From assembly GCA_965198235.1 (NCBI GenBank), contig OZ240248.1, positions 2,624,001 through 2,688,000 of the forward strand: 64,000 nucleotides of DNA, written 5' to 3'. Both the position numbers and the translations under genes were made by a program. Position 1 is the stretch's first letter; each line of letters starts with the position of its first letter. Below the pieces are notes generated by a model. The model was not told the origin of the DNA, made no database searches, and worked only from the letters and a program-made list of their open reading frames with translations. Positions 59,574 to 64,000 of the stretch are shown here, piece after piece. Source of the DNA: Candidatus Poribacteria bacterium (lineage in GTDB: Bacteria > Poribacteria > WGA-4E > WGA-3G).

Positions 59574-61034
59574 TTGAAACCTTTTTGGAAATCCCGATTT
59601 ATCTACATCGCAAATCTTGCACTGCTACTCACTTTTGCCTCATCGGGAATCGGAGTTCCCTCCTACGCGGAAAAAGAGATTGCCTTGTGGGGCGGCACGT
59701 TAAGCCGGAACATGATATCCGATGAAATGAATATCCCCGGGAGTTGGGATCTGGAAACCGGCGAAAATATTAAATGGACAGCGGAACTCGGTTCCCAAAG
59801 TTACGCGGGACCGCTTGTCATCGGTGGCAAAGTCTTTGTCGGCACAAACAATAAAGCACTTCGCAACCCTAAACTCACTGGAGACCGCGGGGTCATCATG
59901 GCGTTTAACGAATCCGATGGCAAATTTCTCTGGCAAGCCACCCATACCAAACTTCCTTCAGGACGTGTTAACGACTGGCCCCTACAGGGAATCTGTTCCA
60001 CTCCGTTTATTGAAGGCGACCGACTCTACTACATCTCCAACCGTTGTGAAGTCGTCTGTATCGACACTGAAGCCTTCCTTGATGGCGAAAACGACGGTCC
60101 CTTTACCGAAGAAACAGAAACGAGCGAGATCGATGCCGACATCATCTGGAGCTACGACATGATGGATGAGTTGGATGTTTTTCCGCATAACCTTGCCACC
60201 TGTTCACCGCTTGCTGTCGGAGATATCCTCTTCTTGGAAACGAGCAACGGCGTTGATGAAGGACATATCCATATCCCTTCTCCCGACGCTCCGTCCTTCA
60301 TTGCCCTCAATAAACACACTGGCGAACTCGTGTGGGAAGATGCCTCGCCCGGCGAAAATATACTGCACGGGCAGTGGGCGAACCCCGCTTACGGTGTTGT
60401 CAACGGGGTCCCGCAGGTTATCATTCCCGGCGGCGATGGCTGGATTTATGCCTTTGAACCAGAAACGGGCAACATTATCTGGAAGTTTGACTGCAACCCC
60501 AAGGATTCCGTGTGGGAACTCGGTGGACGCGGCACTCGCAACAATATCATCTCAACCCCTGTCGTCTATGAAGACAAAGTCTTCGTCGCTGTCGGGCAGG
60601 ACCCGGAGCACGGCGAAGGCGTAGGGCATCTCTGGTGCATTGATGCCTCACAAACCGGTGATATTACCGAGACTGCTGACATCTGGCACTTCGGCGATGA
60701 ACAGTTCAATCGCACGATGTCCACTGTAGCCATCGCTGATGGGCTACTCTACATCTCGGATCTGAGCGGATTCCTTTACTGCTTAGATGTTAACACGGGG
60801 GACCCTTATTGGACGCATGATACCTTCGCCGCAATTTGGGGATCGCCTTATGTTGTAGACGGTAAGGTTTACCTCGGCGATGAGGATGGCGATGTTGTGA
60901 TTCTAAAGACAGGGAAAACGAAGCAGGTGCTGTTTGAAACCAATCTGGGCAGTGCTGTTTATACGACACCTGTAGCAAAGGACGGCGTGCTTTACATTGT
61001 GACCCGTAATATGCTGATTGCGATTTCAGAATAG
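59574..61034 (+). CDS. Secreted PQQ-like beta-propeller protein
   Basis: [43 protein letters not shown]. Confidence 0.85.
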   Translation: MKPFWKSRFIYIANLALLLTFASSGIGVPSYAEKEIALWGGTLSRNMISDEMNIPGSWDLETGENIKWTAELGSQSYAGPLVIGGKVFVGTNNKALRNPKLTGDRGVIMAFNESDGKFLWQATHTKLPSGRVNDWPLQGICSTPFIEGDRLYYISNRCEVVCIDTEAFLDGENDGPFTEETETSEIDADIIWSYDMMDELDVFPHNLATCSPLAVGDILFLETSNGVDEGHIHIPSPDAPSFIALNKHTGELVWEDASPGENILHGQWANPAYGVVNGVPQVIIPGGDGWIYAFEPETGNIIWKFDCNPKDSVWELGGRGTRNNIISTPVVYEDKVFVAVGQDPEHGEGVGHLWCIDASQTGDITETADIWHFGDEQFNRTMSTVAIADGLLYISDLSGFLYCLDVNTGDPYWTHDTFAAIWGSPYVVDGKVYLGDEDGDVVILKTGKTKQVLFETNLGSAVYTTPVAKDGVLYIVTRNMLIAISE

Positions 61035-61094
61035 GAGACTGCTTAACACCAGAATCATTTGGAATCTATCTCATATCTTGAGAGGTACTATCAC

Positions 61095-61700
61095 ATGGCG
61101 TACAGCAACTTTACATTAGAAACAGTACGGGAGGCATTTAACATAGAAGAGGTTGATATCGCCGGACTTTTCTCTGATAGTGAGCCGATGGCTCCAAGTG
61201 AACTCCTCACTGCCGTGTTGGCGCGAAATATACCCCTAGCCACTGCTATTGGTACCGAGAAGGCGAAGTCAGAAATGATTGTCTCCGATGTGCTTGTCGA
61301 ACTTCGCGAGCAGTTAGACCTAAGCATTAGTCTTTTTTCTGGCATTGATTTCAACGTTAATGACGAGAACGGACTGATAGGCGTGTGTGATTTTCTGATC
61401 AGCCTGTCACCAGTCCAATTTGTGTTGGAAGCACCTGTGATCATTCTGGTTGAGGCCAAGAAAGATGATTTGGAGATCGGGCTCGGGCAGTGTGTCGCAG
61501 AGATGGTCGCCGCACAATACTTTAACGCCGAAAAGGGTAATGACATTCCGCGCATCTATGGGGCTACCACCTCAGGTAGAGAGTGGCGGTTCCTCAAATT
61601 GGAGGGGAAAAAACTCCACATTGACATGGCAGTCTACCAAATCGCACAATGCGACAAAGTCCTGGGTATCCTCGCAAGTATGGTAAAGCAAAAAGCATGA
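61095..61700 (+). CDS. PD-(D/E)XK restriction-endonuclease-fold hypothetical protein
   Basis: CDFLIS...LVEAKK...QCVAEM...YGATTSG..WRF. Confidence 0.65.
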   Translation: MAYSNFTLETVREAFNIEEVDIAGLFSDSEPMAPSELLTAVLARNIPLATAIGTEKAKSEMIVSDVLVELREQLDLSISLFSGIDFNVNDENGLIGVCDFLISLSPVQFVLEAPVIILVEAKKDDLEIGLGQCVAEMVAAQYFNAEKGNDIPRIYGATTSGREWRFLKLEGKKLHIDMAVYQIAQCDKVLGILASMVKQKA

Positions 61701-61736
61701 AGGGGGTAGGTACACTCCGCTGTGCTCTAACAAAAA

Positions 61737-62825
61737 ATGAACATTTTGAATCAAAATCTCTCCCCCAAAATTACCAACGCTCGAAAAGCACTCGATGCAC
61801 ACGTCCGGGAAATCGTCAAATGGCACTTCAGCCCAAAGACCGGCTGTCCGTTTTGGCTGGAATACGCAGAAAACCTCGGTTTTGATCCGAAAAAAGAAAT
61901 CGGTGGTTATGCCGACCTCAAGTGCCTCGGGCATTTTGAAGACGAATGGCTCCGCGGTGGACCTGTCCGACGTTGGGTGCCAAAAGCTTACGCCGATGAG
62001 CCAATTTATGTCTTTGAAACCGGTGGCTCGACAGGCGTGCCCAAGTCACGCATCAGTATTCGTGATTTTCACATTGATTATGAGCTGTTTAGTGAATCGC
62101 TTTCTGATGAAGGGTTTCCGACCGGTAGCGATTGGCTCATGTTGGGTCCGACGGGACCGCGACGCTTACGACTTGCTGTTGAGCATCTCGCCCAACATCG
62201 TGGCGGTATCTGTTTCCATGTAGACCTCGACCCGCGTTGGGTGAATCAACTCGTCCGTTACGGGAAAAATGAGGAATTGGACGCGTATAAAAACCATGTT
62301 ATCGGACAGGCACTCAACGTGCTCCGCGCCCATGAAAACGTTCAATGCCTCTTCACCACGCCGAAACTGTTGGAGGCGTTGTGTGAAAAAATTTCCTTGC
62401 CAAAGGTTGGTATTAAAGGTATCTTTTGTGGAGGCACCGAGATGGACGCGCAATTCCACCGTTTCGCACGCGAAGAACTCGTACCGGGTATCGATTTTAT
62501 CCCGACCTACGGCAATACCTTGATGGGATTAGCCGCCTGTAAACCTTTCAATCCGGCGGATAACTATGCTATAATCTATTATCCACCGTACCCGCGCGCT
62601 GTTATTGAACTCGTTAATCCGGAAAATCCAGAGGAACTTGTTGATTATGGCGAAACCGGACGTGTTATGCTCACGACCCTGACGCGAGAATTTTTCATGC
62701 CCCGTTTTCTGGAACGCGACGAAGCCGAACGCGCTGAACCGATTCCAGAATACCCTTGGGACGGCGTTGAAAACCTTCGCCTGCTCACAGAACTCCAAGA
62801 AAGCGTCGTCGTAGGTGTCTATTAA
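61737..62825 (+). CDS. EhpF/GriC-like adenylate-forming (ANL superfamily) enzyme
   Basis: WHFSP.TGCPFW, FETGGSTGVPK P-loop, DLDPRWV, YGNTL, ERD. Confidence 0.72.
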   Translation: MNILNQNLSPKITNARKALDAHVREIVKWHFSPKTGCPFWLEYAENLGFDPKKEIGGYADLKCLGHFEDEWLRGGPVRRWVPKAYADEPIYVFETGGSTGVPKSRISIRDFHIDYELFSESLSDEGFPTGSDWLMLGPTGPRRLRLAVEHLAQHRGGICFHVDLDPRWVNQLVRYGKNEELDAYKNHVIGQALNVLRAHENVQCLFTTPKLLEALCEKISLPKVGIKGIFCGGTEMDAQFHRFAREELVPGIDFIPTYGNTLMGLAACKPFNPADNYAIIYYPPYPRAVIELVNPENPEELVDYGETGRVMLTTLTREFFMPRFLERDEAERAEPIPEYPWDGVENLRLLTELQESVVVGVY

Positions 62826-62837
62826 TCATTTTTATCA

Positions 62838-63176
62838 ATGTGTAACGCACATCCGAGAAAACTGCAAGTCTACCAGACTCAAAACGGCAGAGAACCTTTC
62901 ACCGAATGGTTGAGATCAATTCGAGATCGAAGGACACGAACGAGAATTCGAGAACGACTTGAGCGGCTTGAAATTGGGAATGTTGGCGATTGCCAATCTG
63001 TAGGTAGCGGTGTATATGAGATGCGTCTTCATTTCGGAGGAGGCTATCGCATCTATTTTGGTGAAATTGATAACACTATCGTTCTTCTGCTCTGTGGTGG
63101 CGATAAATCATCGCAGGCGCGAGATATTGAACGCGCAAAAATCTATTGGCTGGAATACAAGGAGACACAACAATGA
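62838..63176 (+). CDS. Type II toxin, RelE/ParE (addiction module killer) family
   Basis: PFTEWL, GNVGDC.SVG.GVYEMR...GYRIYF...LLLCGGDKSSQARDI. Confidence 0.9.
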   Translation: MCNAHPRKLQVYQTQNGREPFTEWLRSIRDRRTRTRIRERLERLEIGNVGDCQSVGSGVYEMRLHFGGGYRIYFGEIDNTIVLLLCGGDKSSQARDIERAKIYWLEYKETQQ

Positions 63177-63577
63177 GAAAATATCGGACATGGCATGAGG
63201 TTATCGCCGAGCAACTTGCAGATCCGGAGGAGGCACTTGATTATCTCCAATTTGCATTAGAGGAATACCAGAAGGATGGTGATACGCCCTTCTTTCTACG
63301 GGTACTTCGGACTGTTATTGAAGCACAAGGTCAAATTGTGGAACTTTCCAAGAAAACTGGCATTCCCCCAGAAACTCTTTCAAAAATCTTGTCCAGCGAC
63401 AAATCACCGCGGATTGACACACTCGGGACTCTCCTGAATGCTTTTGGGTGGCGGCTCTCAATTGAACCGATAGAGCATGTAGAACCCAATCTTGGGCACC
63501 AGAGCAGAGAAGCGACAGGACTAAACACAGCGAGAGAAACAGGCTCGGCACAATTGGCCGAATCACCCTCATCGTGA
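63173..63577 (+). CDS. Addiction module antidote, HTH antitoxin
   Basis: ATGA overlap with the toxin; YLQFALEE, LSKKTGI..ETLSKILS...PRIDTL. Confidence 0.85.
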   Translation: MRKYRTWHEVIAEQLADPEEALDYLQFALEEYQKDGDTPFFLRVLRTVIEAQGQIVELSKKTGIPPETLSKILSSDKSPRIDTLGTLLNAFGWRLSIEPIEHVEPNLGHQSREATGLNTARETGSAQLAESPSS

Positions 63578-63670
63578 TTATCTGCCTCTTATAAAGCGGA
63601 TACTCCGATATTTAGAATTGCTAAAGTTATCTTTGGCACAAGGGCATACCCACTAAAAAGGAGCTTGAAT

Positions 63671-64000
63671 ATGATAACGAAAATTGAGAAAGTCTTCCGG
63701 TCACCTTACTCGGTGCCGAACGGTTTACAAGTTACAGACGACGGTTTGTGGATCGTCGACCAGATTACCGACAGAGTCGCATTAGTTGAAATTACATCAG
63801 ATTCGGACTACACCGTGCCGAAACTCATTCGCGACATTCCGAGTGAATCCTCCAACACAAGCGGTATGACGTCCGGCGGCGGCGCGCTCTGGTTGGCGGC
63901 AAACGGACCTGGAGAACGCTGGCGTCCCGTTCGAGATACGGATGCCAAATCCGGGACAGGCGAGATTTTCCAAGTCGATCCCGCTACCGGCGAAACCCTT
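63671..64000 (+). CDS. Beta-propeller-like hypothetical protein (runs off the 3' end of the window)
   Basis: aaggag Shine-Dalgarno; MITKIEKVFRSPYSVPNGLQVTDDGLWIVDQ...SGMTSGGGALW...VDPATGETL, open to the end. Confidence 0.7.
   Translation, partial: MITKIEKVFRSPYSVPNGLQVTDDGLWIVDQITDRVALVEITSDSDYTVPKLIRDIPSESSNTSGMTSGGGALWLAANGPGERWRPVRDTDAKSGTGEIFQVDPATGETL

Noticed and set aside
61737-62825. Phenazine biosynthesis cluster
   Set aside because: Only an EhpF-like gene is present; there are no phzA-G homologs in the window.

Overview
This is a bacterial chromosomal window, most likely from Candidatus Poribacteria. That assignment is inferred from LamG proteins ending in the AVEPxxKLxxTWGxIK tail, a secreted protein ending in a QNFPNPFNPETWIPY...RRMVILK FlgD/T9SS-like C-terminal domain, a dockerin protein, and many PhyH, Gfo/Idh/MocA and beta-propeller genes. 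It holds about 50 CDSs: catabolic enzymes, a carbohydrate-utilisation cluster, a MacA/MacB pair and several defence-type genes (single-chain R-M enzyme, OLD-like ATPase, AAA ATPase plus PIN pair, RelE-type toxin-antitoxin, broken FRG gene). Several genes are frameshifted or truncated. I found no rRNA, tRNA, CRISPR array, transposase or reverse transcriptase. The most unusual signal is intergenic: a nested set of non-autonomous elements. (1) GTAG-type REP hairpins and CTCCAGCGGAG hairpin doublets. (2) At least four MITE-like families with terminal inverted repeats that carry REP hairpins inside them; one family has clear 5-bp target duplications. (3) A roughly 22-25 bp G/T-rich micro-element, GTTTTTG(CTT/ATA)GGGTGTTTy, that sits after GG(G/T) inside REPs and appears to have inserted repeatedly into itself at 33780-33958. 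All functional calls come from motifs read by eye; no database searches were run.
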